A DNA stretch of 63,183 bases, filler included, from Aduncisulcus paluster (Eukaryota): the NCBI GenBank assembly GCA_024181965.1. It is 5 parts of 5 records of this genome, joined end to end, with 100 filler letters (N's around TTAATTAATTAA, not from the genome) between each part and the next. Parts side by side here need not be neighbours in the genome. Positions count along the whole stretch, not along the records: positions 26,370 to 35,911 come from BQXS01012701.1; positions 36,012 to 52,070 come from BQXS01012702.1; 3 more parts are not named here. One strand, written 5' to 3'. The position numbers and the translations under genes were made by a program. The notes beneath the pieces were generated by a model. It ran no database searches, was not told the origin of the DNA, and saw nothing but the letters and a program-made list of their open reading frames with translations. Shown in pieces: positions 32,301-45,028 of this stretch; positions within the stretch are counted from its first letter, which is position 1; each line of letters starts with the position of its first letter.

Positions 32301-35300
32301 TCCTAACAATATCCCAATGGTTTCTAGTATTTAGCAAGAATGAAGGGGAGGCAGTGAATGTATTGGATGATAGCATATGACCTATTATAGAAGATAACAA
32401 TGGTGAATTGGGTATTATCTGTGATAATGACGAAGTTGAGATACTCGATGAATGACATTGAGACTTTGAATATACGTAATTCTTGACTCCATACACGTTC
32501 ACATCATTATAAACAGGTGTCTTTTTAAGTTTGGACATAGATTCTTTCTTGTAATATACTTCAGACAAGTTCACAGAATCGTATCTATCAGTGATATTCA
32601 CATTATCCAGCCAGACACCATCGTGACCATCGTTGTTGACTTTAATTACAATGGCATTCGTATCACAATAAATTGATTTGTTATTGTTTGACAATTGACA
32701 AGAGAGTTCTTTGGTAGATTTCGGGAAGAGAGGATCTTTCTTGTTCTTGGAATTAGAAATTAAATCACGAAGTTCCTGATCAGTGAAAATAGAGGAATTG
32801 ATATCTGAATCTAAAAATAGATTTGAGAATGTTATCTTAGCGTGTGTAATGGTGAAACTGACATTCAATAAATACGTGTGAAGTGGGGAATCTAATAGAA
32901 TTGAAAAAGTATGTTTCACATGTCTCGGCAAAGTGGGAGATATTGAGAATATCAGCATCGAGGAAGAAGAGGAACAAGAAGAGGAAGAAGAAGAAGAAGA
33001 GGGGGAGGAATCAGAGAAATAATTCATTGATCTATTTTTAGAATCTGATCTATTTTTNNNNNNNNNNNNNNNNNNNNGGATCTTTCTTGTTCTTGGAATT
33101 AGAAATTAAATCACGAAGTTCCTGATCAGTGAAAATAGAGGAATTGATATCTGAATCTAAAAATAGATTTGAGAATGTTATCTTAGCGTGTGTAATGGTG
33201 AAACTGACATTCAATAAATACGTGTGAAGTGGGGAATCTAATAGAATTGAAAAAGTATGTTTCACATGTCTCGGCAAAGTGGGAGATATTGAGAATATCA
33301 GCATCGAGGAAGAAGAGGAACAAGAAGAGGAAGAAGAAGAAGAGGGGGAGGAATCAGAGAAATAATTCATTGATCTATTTTTAGAATCTGATCTATTTTT
33401 AGAATCTGAGACATTAGAGAGAAGTGCGTGTTCTCCTTCTCCCCTTTTCATTGTACTTATTTTCTTCTGTTGTTCTTCACTTGTCTTGCATATAAATCCA
33501 GGTTTATCAATACTAACAACACGCAGAGTCTGACCCCAAGAAGGCATCAAGAAGAGGAAAGAAGAGAACCAGTTATTGTTGTTACTATTAATAGATTGAG
33601 CTATAATTGGATTTCCACCACTGGTTCTTGTTGTTGTTGTTGAAGAAGAGGAAGAAGAACGCAACACCGATGATGAACTCAACCGGGATGATTTTCGACT
33701 TTTTTGTGAAACTTGTCCTTTTCTATTACTTACTTTATCATCATCTTGAAGTTGAGGTTCTTGGACACTGATTAATCCAAGATCAATGGAACTGCGAGAA
33801 TCACGAGATACGGATAAAAATCTAAAGAAGAGGGAAGAAACATATGTATAATTGTTTGAAGAAGCAGAGATTGAATGTTGAGACATCATGGTTGATGTTA
33901 CAGATCTCTTTGTAAACACACCATGGTCTTCATTGATAATATCACATATCTTAACTATCAGACTCACTTCTACTTCAGGCAATTTAGATTCTCTAAGACA
34001 AACATAGAATGATACAGTGCCATGCATGGGTAGAACTATCCTTATGTTATCTGGGAGATCTCTTGCATCATTATCACCAGTGGAGTTTTCTGCATGTTTG
34101 TGTTGACTGTGATATTGACTGTGATGGAAAGAACTCATAACTTTTTCACTTGCTCTTCTCTCTCTTCTTCCTCCTCTCTCTCTTCCTTTCATCATTCCTA
34201 CTCCTCTATTATTAACAGCTGTACCTCCAGTGGTACCTCCAATGGTACCACTTCCTTCTTCTTCATCAGTATTGATTTTGTGAATAGAGGATATCAACAG
34301 AATACTAGGTTTCACTGATGATGTTGCTGTTTGTGAAGACTTCAAACCATGATGTATTAAATCTTTGTTGTCAATGGATGTAGCTAAGCAAGCTGATATT
34401 TCTAGGTTTATATCCATATTTGAGACATTGGTCAGATTCACATAGATTCTGCCTTCATCTCCAAGAACACAACAAGAGGAAGAGAAGACAGAGAAACGAC
34501 CTACACCGTTGAAAGGAGAGAAAGAAAGAATTTGCGAGATGGATCTGGGGATCGATGGTGTAAAATCAGCCATAGTCATTCCACCACCGAGACCGAGACT
34601 TGTTGTTGCACCGCCTGCAGTAGTAGTAGTAGATTTTTTGCCACTGAATCTAAATTTAGACCAACGTTTCATTGAGGATTGAACCATATCCTTGGTTAGT
34701 TTTCCAGGTTTCAATAGAATGGGCATAGCAAGTGTCTGGGTTGGAGTTGAAAGAATAGAACAACTAACGACTGGCAATTTAGGAGACAAAGAATCAGGTG
34801 GAAGTGAATGCCTATATGACAAAGATATGGGTTCATTGGAAAGAACATTCGTTGAGTCAGCAGGTAATGTGAATGGATCTGCCAATGACAATGATAAAGG
34901 CAACATGGGGGGGGTTGAAGACAATGAGGGGGTTTTGTGAAGACGATAACGTGGATGTAGAATTATTTTCCTTTCAATTGTACTCATCTGTGACACATTC
35001 CCTTCCTCATCGCTTTCATCCATTAACTTTCTCTCATTCTCATCCATGGAAATGTATGATTCATCGACACAAAAGAAGATCTGTCGCCTAGAACTTATTC
35101 TTGAACGTGGTGGAATAAAAGGTAAAAGAGTCGACCCTCCTGCTCCTGTTCCTGTTCCTCCAACTCCTATAAAAGATTCTGCATGTTTTTGCTCAGCAAT
35201 CATTCGTTCAGTTTTGGTTGTAGTAATAAATTTCGGTAAAACTACAACTCCTTCGCGTTTTTCTTCGGCTAGCCGGTATTTCGTTTCTTCTTTCAGATAC

Positions 35301-35564
35301 TGAGTATTGTAACGTTGAATTATATTGAAATGGTTAATAAGCTTATCTGGAGATGAATTAGCTGGGAAAACCTCATAGAAAACATCCAAAAACTCTTCAG
35401 AACATTGGACATGATTAATAGCTGAATAGCTTGGAGTACTAGAAGTACTATGGGCAAGGGAAATAGGAGTTATGGAGGTATCTGAAGGATTTTTGATGGA
35501 TTCAATACCTACACCAGTACCAGTGAAATCATCACTAACAATATCTTTAGCTTGTGAAGAAGAA

Positions 35565-35598
<34 letters not shown>

Positions 35599-35911
35599 CT
35601 ACAACTGGGTTATTAACTGGGTTATTGAACGAAACTGTGGCTGCTCTACTTTGGTTCTTTTTCTTGCATGAGTGTACAGTCCTTCCACATCCACATATTA
35701 ATCCTTTGGTTGAAGGGATGGGAGATGACATTGGTCTTGCATTTGTGGCTGTGGATGTAGACGGACGGGATGCAGCTCTTAAGAGTTTCTGTTCCTCAGC
35801 TGGGAGTGAAGTATTGACACGAACTCTTACTCTTCGCCACATCTGTACAGATATAGCTCGTTTTACACTTACACAGACACATATATTGGCACAACAAAAG
35901 GGAGGGAGTGT
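26370..35911 (-). CDS. Fragment of a very large ASH/PapD-like Ig-domain ciliary protein (Hydin/CFAP47/CFAP65-like), broken by frameshifts and gap overlaps
   Basis: Four abutting ORFs (33050-35842, 31747-33027, 30321-31850, 26318-30247) switch frame in Ser tracts. Repeated ASH-like segments: LNFGPLLCDSSVTAHIVLKN, LDLPVIPVESTVQTNVKVENIG, FSLTPQIFYLPP and FAVKPVKFTLTPNE. Open at the 3' scaffold edge. Confidence 0.55.
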
Positions 35912-36011
35912 NNNNNNNNNNNNNNNNNNNNNNNNNNNNNNNNNNNNNNNNNNNNTTAATTAATTAANNNNNNNNNNNNNNNNNNNNNNNNNNNNNNNNN
36001 NNNNNNNNNNN
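35912..36011. other. Artificial scaffold linker
   Basis: 44N-TTAATTAATTAA-44N. Confidence 0.97.
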
Positions 36012-39000
36012 ATGGGCTCTCATTTTGGTGGTGGCGGCATGATGTACGAAGATGAATTTGCCATTGAACATGATTTCAATGATCCTCGCATGGGTGGTGG
36101 ATTCCCCATGTCATCTGTTGATGGTATGTCCCAGGTTCCTCTCACCTCAGCTCTCTCAATTGCTCAGTCAGAAGTAGTTCCACAAGATGAGACTACGGCC
36201 TTTAATATCTTGCTCTATGTCATGAATCCTGAGTATGAATCCGAAGCTTCTGTCTTCATACCACCTCTCTTTGCTTCATTCCCACACAAACGTCACTGTG
36301 TCATTACCCAGACCCGTAACAAAGTCAAAGAACAGAATCCTTTCCTGGATCTCTTTTGTGCAGTTCAACCAAGGATCTTCTCCCCTGATGTTCTCTATGT
36401 TGCTTGTAGAGAAGCATGTGGAGGAGTGAAAGGAATGACTGTTGAACGTCTACCACATCCATCTTCACCTGAATATAATCCATCTGTCCACTCTATGGCT
36501 CATTTGATAGGCAAAGAGAATGAAAAACAACTACTTGGTGCGTTGGCTGAAGATATCCATCCTATCTCCGTGTACTGCGGGTTCTTTGCTCCTGCCCCAG
36601 ATTCCAAGTCTGAGGATTCTTCTTCCAGTGGTTTAAAGCTTGGAGCTGTGTGTATTCTTGATGAGAACTATTATAAACGTGAGTCTGAGGTTATGGATCA
36701 ACTTACTCTTGTAACTGAAGAAGATAGAGATTTCCAGCAGGGTAGGTGTCTTGATTTCTTGACTGAAGATTATGTTATCCAACACTTTGATACTTCATCA
36801 GTGACTCACAGTTCATGCATTCCTGATATCTATGTAGAGGAAGAGTATCGTAAACGGGAGTCTGAGCTACTTACCTTCTTCTTCTTCTTCTTCTTCTTCT
36901 TCTTCAGCTGAAATATCTGGAGCTAAAGAATTATCTTCAAGGAAAGTGGAAGGACAGGAATCCGATGATGCCACTTCCAAAGCTAAACCGCTTCCCTTCC
37001 GATCTAAAGGATCATTACGTCCCTCATGTCGTGTTGCAGGTTTCTCTGTGTTACCCTCTCTCTCTCATCTCTCTCGTTTCTTCCTTATGAGTGTCATTCA
37101 GAAGGCTCATTGTCTCTCCCTTGTTCTGTGTATCGANNNNNNNNNNNNNNNNNNNNGAAATATCTGGAGCTAAAGAATTATCTTCAAGGAAAGTGGAAGG
37201 ACAGGAATCCGATGATGCCACTTCCAAAGCTAAACCGCTTCCCTTCCGATCTAAAGGATCATTACGTCCCTCATGTCGTGTTGCAGGTTTCTCTGTGTTA
37301 CCCTCTCTCTCTCATCTCTCTCGTTTCTTCCTTATGAGTGTCATTCAGAAGGCTCATTGTCTCTCCCTTGTTCTGTGTATCGATGACCAACTCTCCCAAC
37401 GTTTAACCCGTGGTATCAGAGCCATTGAAGGTGGTGCCATGGAAGGAGATTATACAGGAGTGTATGCCACCCACAAGCATTCTCATCGTGGGCTGATGCA
37501 GCTTTTGCTCGAGCAAGAAGAGGAGGAGAAACTCAGGCAAGAAGCTATTGCGAGTGGAGTCAAACCACCCGGGTATGGCGAAGAAGGAGAGTATGCTGAT
37601 GACAGGTCCAGTGTTGCTAACACGGACAGCTATTACCAAGACAACTCCCAGATACTTGGAGATGATGATATGAGCAGTCAACATATGCCTGACTCAACCA
37701 TTTCTGATGGAGGCAGGAGTCAGAGTCCACGTGGCATGGATCGTGACAACGGTGCACACAGTGATAATCATAGTGAGGTCACTGAGTCTATTATTTCTGA
37801 TGTTGAAGGTGAAGAGGATATCCTCAACGGAATGTTTTACAAAGATCGTAAGAAATTCTCTCTTGAGGAACGTGAACAAGGACGTGCCCATCTATTGTGC
37901 AGCGGGATTGATGCATTTACATACGGATATCTCCAATACCCTGTCTTATCTCAGGCCAAGGATGGGTTCCACAGTGTTTGTACAGGACATACATTTGTAT
38001 CTCTTCCACCTTCCACTCCTTTCACCCTCTCTCGTTCTCTATTGGATCTGTGCTCTAGACTCACTCCACTTCCTCTCTTGCCTCCTCCCCCTCATCTCAA
38101 GACATTCATCGATGCACAGCTCGTTGAAGCCCTCCAGAGTGAGGATGGAAGTCTTGAACGCAGAGATGTGGAAGATTTCCAGCGTGAAATCAACAGACTC
38201 CAACGTGAGGAAGCTCGTGAAGCTATCTTGAAAATGACTGTGCCTGCTTATGGTTTGAACATCATCCGTAAACCTGACTTATCCTCATGTAGAAGTACTG
38301 TTATGAAGAGGATCGTTGTGATTGGCAATGGAGATGCTGCTCTCGGTTGTATCTCTTCCCTCACAAATAATCCTGATGTCAATCTATCTGAATTATATTG
38401 TATCTGTGATCCAACGTGAGGAAGCTCGTGAAGCTATCTTGAAAATGACTGTAAATGACTGTGCCTGCTTATGGTTTGAACATCATCCGTAAACCTGACT
38501 TATCCTCATGTAGAAGTACTGTTATGAAGAGGATCGTTGTGATTGGCAATGGAGATGCTGCTCTCGGTTGTATCTCTTCCCTCACAAATAATCCTGATGT
38601 CAATCTATCTGAATTATATTGTATCTGTGAAGGTGGTGTATTGCCTTCCTTGATTGAGCATGGAGATGAACTTAAAGCTCAACTAGGGACGAGTACATTG
38701 GTTGAAGAGGAAGTTCAAAAGGAGATGGAGAACATGCGAGAACATACTAAAGTCTTCCACACTGACACTCATTTCTCAAACTACAAATATACACACCCTT
38801 CTCACATCCTCACATCAGCTTACAACTCATTCAATCTACGTAATCTTCGGTTAGAGACGAGATGTTCGTTTATAGACGACAGGGTGCTCGGTTTCTCGTC
38901 TGCAGCCGCTAAGAATGCATCTTCTGTGAGTTCTATGGCTGCTGCCTCGGGTGATTCTGAAGTCATGGGTGATCGTACACCTGAGAATGTGGTTCTAATT

Positions 39001-41218
39001 TGTAGTGATGATGGCAGTCCTGAAGCTAAACTGAGGATTGATTATGATTATCTAATTATATGTACTGAGAAAGAAGATGACAGTCTCAAATGTCTGAAAT
39101 ACCAACACAAACCGATATTCTCGGACGAAGAAGCACGTGATATGATCGACCAGCGTGAAGAAGAAGAAAGATGAGGATCGTAAGCGTCGTGTTGCCCTAG
39201 ACGGTGAGGATTTGACAGCCAGTGAAGATATCAACATGGAAGAAGAGGAAGAAGAGGAGATCGATGGTCCTAATATTCCTGTATATGAAGACGATGAGTT
39301 TATTCTTGATAGTATTCTTCAAACACAGGTTATGCAGCCTCGTTCAGACCTTGATATCATCAGGTGTCTGCACCATTGTGTTATTCGTGCCTGTGGAGAG
39401 TATAAGACAACCGATGAAACACAGGAACCTGCCCTGCTAGATGAAGAAGAAGAGGAGGAAGAGGAAGAAGAGGAAGAGGAAGAAAATGGTGATGAAGATG
39501 ACCTTGACGATGAGTTTGTTTTGAAGGAAGGAGGAGAAGGAGAGGAAGGAAAGAAAGAAGGTGAAGAGAAAGAGGAAGAGGGAGATGATGATATGATGGC
39601 TGAAATTAGGATAGATGATGGCGATGAAGAGCCAGCCTTACTGTCACCTCATCCTTCTCAACTCACCACAAGTGCCAATGACGAGGAAATGACTAAAATA
39701 GCCTCTCTTGACAAGCCAACCAGTCCCACTGTTATTGTATACGGTTCCTCTGTCCTTGCGATTTCCTTTGTTCATGGTATGATCGCCCGTGGTGCTCCTC
39801 CTCATAATATCACTCTTGTTTTGCCACCCCTTGAGAGAGAACCAAGAGATATGGAGCTACTTCTGGCCAAGAAGAAACAAGAGGCTCAGAGGAGTGGGAG
39901 AGCCGGAGGAAAAGGAAGAGCCGGCACGAGTTCACCACACCTGTCTTCAGCCTCCTCTTCCTCTGGTGGTGCCCTCATTGGTGCTACAGCCTCACCACAT
40001 GTGTCAACACCTGATCCTTTCTTCCCGTGTACAGACATTGAGTCCAGCATCATCAATACATTGTCTGAGATGGGTGTACAAGTGCTTGTAGGTGAAGTGT
40101 GTGACAGTACAACACACCACGGTTCCATCACTCGTGTCCATATACAACTTCCAGACGATACTGAGAAACAAGACCGGCTGGAACATGCCCAGTTGAACAT
40201 GGCATTGGATCGCAAAGAACACTACATTCCCTGCAATTCTATTGTTTTATTGCATCGTGTCCATCACAATATAAACATTATGAACAGTTGCAGGAACTGT
40301 TTCATTGCGTGTGACGAAGGAATTGTTGTCAACGGATGTTACCAAAGTTCTTTGCCAAATGTTTTTGCTGCGGGTCCAATCTCTGTCCTGAGTGCCATCT
40401 GTAGGGCAAGTGCTGGTTCTGATGTCAAGAAAAGCAATACCTGTTATGCTCCATTGATGACAAGAAGAGCAATCAGTCACGAGGTTGAGAAACATGTCAC
40501 TGAGTCCCTGTTACTCACTCGTGATTACTATGATCCCAAGCTCTTGATGGAGAAGAGCTCTGGGTATGGTATCGGTGGAGCCGGTCAGAGTACGCCTGAA
40601 GCCGGTGAATACTGTGGTGAATGTTTCTTCTCCGCCATTCGTTCTGAATTGCTGGGTATCACTGACTCTATCACTCACGTTGAGCCTGATATGAATCCCC
40701 ATGAACTGACTCACCCTGCTCATGCTCCTTGCTGTGTACGTAACCGTGTCAAAGAGTTCGTCTGTTCGATTGGGTATGTCTTCCGAAGTGCTGTTCCTGG
40801 ACCTTCATCCGTTGAAGAAGAGAAAGGCTTTGAGAACGATAAAATGGGATGTCGATTCTTCGAGACTGGAATCCTGAAGAACGTTGATGAAGATGAGGAG
40901 GAAGAGTGGAACAAGTTCGTGAAAGAAAAAGAAGTTGAGAAGAAAAAGGAAGAGCTTAAGGCCGAGGGTAAAGATGATTCGATGCCTTACTGTCGAGTCG
41001 AAGTTGGACCAGGTAACCATATCTTAGCTCTGACTATTATCACGTGTGCTCCTTTGCATCATTCTCACAGGCTTCTGTTTGCTCAAATTCCTGGGAAACC
41101 TCTCTCTTTGTTCAATAAGTTAGAAGAAAAGGTCCATGAAGGTCATGTTAAAGATATATTCGAATTCATTATTAAACCATGGGTTTTCAAGGCAATTCAA
41201 GCAATTAATTCAATGTAA
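36012..41218 (+). CDS. CFAP61: Cilia- and flagella-associated protein 61 (5'-partial, fragmented by assembly errors)
   Basis: AFNILLYVMNPEYE..FASFPHKRHCVIT, RIVVIGNGDAALGCI, DYDYLIICT, VIVYGSS..GAPPHNITLV and DEGIVVNGCYQSSLPNVFAAGP follow the CFAP61 motif order (degenerate FAD/NAD-binding fold). The pieces are separated by tract frameshifts and two local duplications. Confidence 0.8.
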
Positions 41219-41596
41219 TAGATCTTTTAAATATGAAGGTTGTCAATTTTGAAATAAATTTACTTTTATTAACGCCGGGAAGAATGTCATCAAATTTAAA
41301 TATCGAACGCTGTTATTTCACCATGAATTTCATAATGATTATTTATCTCATTAATAAATCTTATTTTCTATCTTTATTAGATAAAAAGGGTGCATTTAAA
41401 GAAGTTATAAAAAAATTGATCTATTGTCATCATACCTCTAAATAAATAAATAAAAATCCAATAAAATATGGTTAAACATCGGTTATATTGTTGTCTATAC
41501 CTTTATATGAGATGAAATAAATTTTAACAAGCATTAGGCATTATTTTTGCATTCACCCCTGAAAGCCACTTGTCACGTTACCAATATTTTTTTCAA

Positions 41597-44500
41597 ATGG
41601 TATTAAATATATCCAAATTACGGCCTGACATCAAAGAATTAGATTTATCCTTTAGAAAACTCACAAATAGAAGTCTGGAGAAAATGTCTCCGTTCACACG
41701 ATTTACGAAGCTAGAAAGAATTAATATTTCAAATACACAAATTTCTGATCTCCGTCTTCTATGTGATTTACCAAATCTTCAAGTATTGATTGCTAGAAAT
41801 TGTAATATTTCTGAATGGCCAGTTTTCTCATTTAAAGCCCTAAAAGTAGTTGATTTGTCAAATAATCCAATTAAATCTAAGGCAATTCTTCGTTATGTTG
41901 CTTTAACCCCTTCTATTGAAAACTTGGATATTTCTGGAACCCCCTTGTGTTCAAGATATGAGGATACAACAAGAAGACAAGCTAAATCGTTTCTTCCGAA
42001 TTTAGTTGTTTTTAATAAGCATGATATTACCTCAACGGCATCTTCTCGACAGACAGGTTCATATCACACAAAATTATCATCTTTATCTCGAATTCATGGG
42101 CAATCATCGCCCAAAAAAGGTCGTAAAGGCACTAAAAAACAGAAAAAACAGCAGTCTAAAGATACATTACAAGGAGAATCAGATGAACTCGATGAACTTG
42201 AAGGATCCGAAGACACTCGACAATCATCAGGTATTACGACTCATCCGAAGCATGTTTCTGATTCCATTGACATATACGAGCAAGGTTCACCCTCGACCAT
42301 GCATTCATCGGGCACAGATATGGATGAACTTGAAAGAATGCTCCAGAAGGAAAAAGAAGAATTGATGAAGCTTGGAATATCGAAATCTATGCCTTCCAAT
42401 GGTATATCGCACGAAAATAGGCGCCGTTCATTGAAGAAAATTAGTCTTATTTCTGACGACGATCATGAAATGGGTCAAGGATACAGAGCTGAAGGTCAGG
42501 ACCAGCAAGATGATGTTGTATTTAACCCTTCTTCAGTGCCTCGATCTTCCTTTTCCCCCTGTCCTCGACCTGAACATTTGGATGGAGTTCACCCACATTC
42601 ACCAATGCCCACTCCAAGCTCAGCCATCCCCATAAAATCTCAAGCTATGCCTGTGTCCATCTATCCCATTGATTCTCATAGAGCTCAGAATCATCAGGAG
42701 CATAGCGTTGTGACGAATGCCATTCAAGATCACCAACACCATTACCATCAATCAGCACCTGTCGCGTCGTACGGAAGCAGTGTGCTCAAACCTACTACTT
42801 CTTGTGTGTCTTCTGATGGGACTTCTAACAATTATGTAACTGCTTCATTGCTTAGTTCTTCATCGCCACGTGAAATAGCACTCAATCGTGAGATACTTAA
42901 TCGTCAACAACCGGGAGATGACCGGCTAGAAATTGTTGAGGATGACCGGTATTTCCAAAGTCGTGTTCAGAGAGAAAGAGAGAGAGAGAAAGAGATTCCG
43001 TCCACCACAGATGATTTGATAACAACCGATGATGATGATTCAATTAAACAGCTGAGACACATTGTTGAGTTCGAGCAACATCATCATCCTTCAATGCAGC
43101 AACAGCATTCCCAGAAAGATAAACTATCCAGGCCTTCTTATTCATATGACAGTACCAGTGCAGAAGAGGAAGAAGAGGAAGAAGAGGGAGAGGGAGAGGA
43201 AGATGATACTAATATCCTTGGAGTGTGCAATATTGAGATTCCCAGTGAGCCAATGAGTCTGTTCACCGCTTCTTCACTCGAAATATTACACCAAGAAGAT
43301 GAGAAGATAAGAAAACATCAAAAGAAATACTCATCTCATAACAATACTTCCTCACTCAGTCATGGTCGTCATAGTAGCGCCAGAGATTTAGGTGCGCCAA
43401 GTGAAGGCCTTCCTACGACTCTGAGCTCTTCATTTGTGGGGTCTTCCATGTCCTCGTCGTCCATATCAGAACCTGGAGAAAGTGAAGGAACAGGATATAT
43501 AGTTGAACCCCCTCCTTCTCTCTCTCTCTCTTCTCTACCGCCAGGGTCTTCAAAGTCAGCACATCCGCCAATTGCGCGCAAAGTTTCTCAAGATAAAATT
43601 GTACTTTCTCAACAATATCTTCAAGACAAAGAAGGAGAAATAGAAATAGAAGGAGATGAAGATGATCAACCCACTGTGCAACCGATTTCGACTTCTTCCT
43701 CTTCCTCTTCTTCCACATCTGTTGGTATTCTCCACGGTCACACTAAGAGTGGCACAGGAAGAGAGAGAGAAGGCTTTATTCAATCGTTGTTGGGAGATAT
43801 AGTGTTAGTTCCTCCTCCCAAAATGACTAATTATAGTGTTACTTCATTATCTGACTCTAATAACAAATCTATTGGAGGTAACGGTGAAGATACCATTGCA
43901 GGTATGATTCCTTCCTCTTCTTCAAGAGGTGGTTTCTTACCAACCTCAAGTGAAGAAGCCTCTTCCGAGTCTGGATCTCACAAGGCCCACAGACAACATC
44001 ATCATGTGGTTCCCAATGAAAATGAATCCATCCAATCTTCGGAAAACCCTACATCAATCACAGCTGTTCATCAGAGAACATTACACCCATCAAATAGTGA
44101 CATTGTGTCAAGTGGTCCTCCTGGCAATCGTTTGGGTTTGCCAAGAGCTTTAAGTAGTCAACGTAGACACTCACATGAACTTTCTCACCAATTCCTCAGG
44201 GATGAGAAACACTCGTCTCCTCCTCATTCTCTACTTTCAGAGGAATCTGAAGAGCACAGTGGTCTTGCGGATGGTGCGAATACTGGTCATGGTGCTCATA
44301 GTCACGTTGATATCGCTACAGTGGTTGCTTCATCACCGGCAGAATATTCATCACCGGCAGAAATTGAAGTGTTAAGGAGTGAGGCACTGGTGTTATTTGA
44401 TCATTTAAAACGAATCCAAGCCGAAAATACCGCCTTAAGAAAGATTTTGACCGGTATGAAACGGAGAGACGAGGTCTGTGAAGTTGAGAAAAGAAGAGAA

Positions 44501-44704
44501 GATGAGAAGAGAAGAGAGGAGAAGAAGAGGCACATGGAATTCAAGGGAGAAAAGCAAAAACAACATTATGATGATGATCATATGGAGTCGAAAGAAATTG
44601 AATTGCCCGCTGGATCGAAAAAACAATACCAAAATACTGGTTTGAGAGATACTGGGAGAATGGATACTCAAGGCGATCCAAAAAACTTTTTTCTTTCTTT
44701 GTAG
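41597..44704 (+). CDS. N-terminal leucine-rich-repeat protein with a long disordered region and C-terminal coiled coil
   Basis: LxxLxLSxNxI repeats (LDLSFRKL, INISNTQI, VDLSNNPI, LDISGTPL) and an LRRcap-like FLPNLVVFN. First ATG at 41597. Confidence 0.8.
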   Translation: MVLNISKLRPDIKELDLSFRKLTNRSLEKMSPFTRFTKLERINISNTQISDLRLLCDLPNLQVLIARNCNISEWPVFSFKALKVVDLSNNPIKSKAILRYVALTPSIENLDISGTPLCSRYEDTTRRQAKSFLPNLVVFNKHDITSTASSRQTGSYHTKLSSLSRIHGQSSPKKGRKGTKKQKKQQSKDTLQGESDELDELEGSEDTRQSSGITTHPKHVSDSIDIYEQGSPSTMHSSGTDMDELERMLQKEKEELMKLGISKSMPSNGISHENRRRSLKKISLISDDDHEMGQGYRAEGQDQQDDVVFNPSSVPRSSFSPCPRPEHLDGVHPHSPMPTPSSAIPIKSQAMPVSIYPIDSHRAQNHQEHSVVTNAIQDHQHHYHQSAPVASYGSSVLKPTTSCVSSDGTSNNYVTASLLSSSSPREIALNREILNRQQPGDDRLEIVEDDRYFQSRVQREREREKEIPSTTDDLITTDDDDSIKQLRHIVEFEQHHHPSMQQQHSQKDKLSRPSYSYDSTSAEEEEEEEEGEGEEDDTNILGVCNIEIPSEPMSLFTASSLEILHQEDEKIRKHQKKYSSHNNTSSLSHGRHSSARDLGAPSEGLPTTLSSSFVGSSMSSSSISEPGESEGTGYIVEPPPSLSLSSLPPGSSKSAHPPIARKVSQDKIVLSQQYLQDKEGEIEIEGDEDDQPTVQPISTSSSSSSSTSVGILHGHTKSGTGREREGFIQSLLGDIVLVPPPKMTNYSVTSLSDSNNKSIGGNGEDTIAGMIPSSSSRGGFLPTSSEEASSESGSHKAHRQHHHVVPNENESIQSSENPTSITAVHQRTLHPSNSDIVSSGPPGNRLGLPRALSSQRRHSHELSHQFLRDEKHSSPPHSLLSEESEEHSGLADGANTGHGAHSHVDIATVVASSPAEYSSPAEIEVLRSEALVLFDHLKRIQAENTALRKILTGMKRRDEVCEVEKRREDEKRREEKKRHMEFKGEKQKQHYDDDHMESKEIELPAGSKKQYQNTGLRDTGRMDTQGDPKNFFLSL

Positions 44705-45028
44705 AAATTTTTTAATATCTCCTAAGACCTTTATATTATAAATAAATTGTTATTTCTCATCATTTTTTTGTTCTCATGGAAATTGTAATTGTTAAGGAAA
44801 TGTTTACGACAATATGTAAATATTTAGTCCAAAAGGATTCCAAAATAACCAATTGAATGTATTGATATACTGAAATAGAGCCAGACCAAATAATTTTTTC
44901 AAAAATTCCATTTTTCTCGACATTGCGTATTTTTCATTTTTTTTCTATCTTTTAATTTGGTTTAAAATTACGTTTATATTTAATTTTTTTTAATCGTATA
45001 TATTTTATACGACTATTTACGTAAGATA

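Noticed and set aside
2778..37383. Apparent tandem duplications of 220-370 bp (cupin, pseudokinase, 13.8-14.6 kb, 21.3-21.8 kb, 28.1-28.6 kb, 32.7-33.4 kb, 36.9-37.4 kb)
   Set aside because: Each pair directly flanks a 20-N gap. They are unmerged contig overlaps rather than real duplications.
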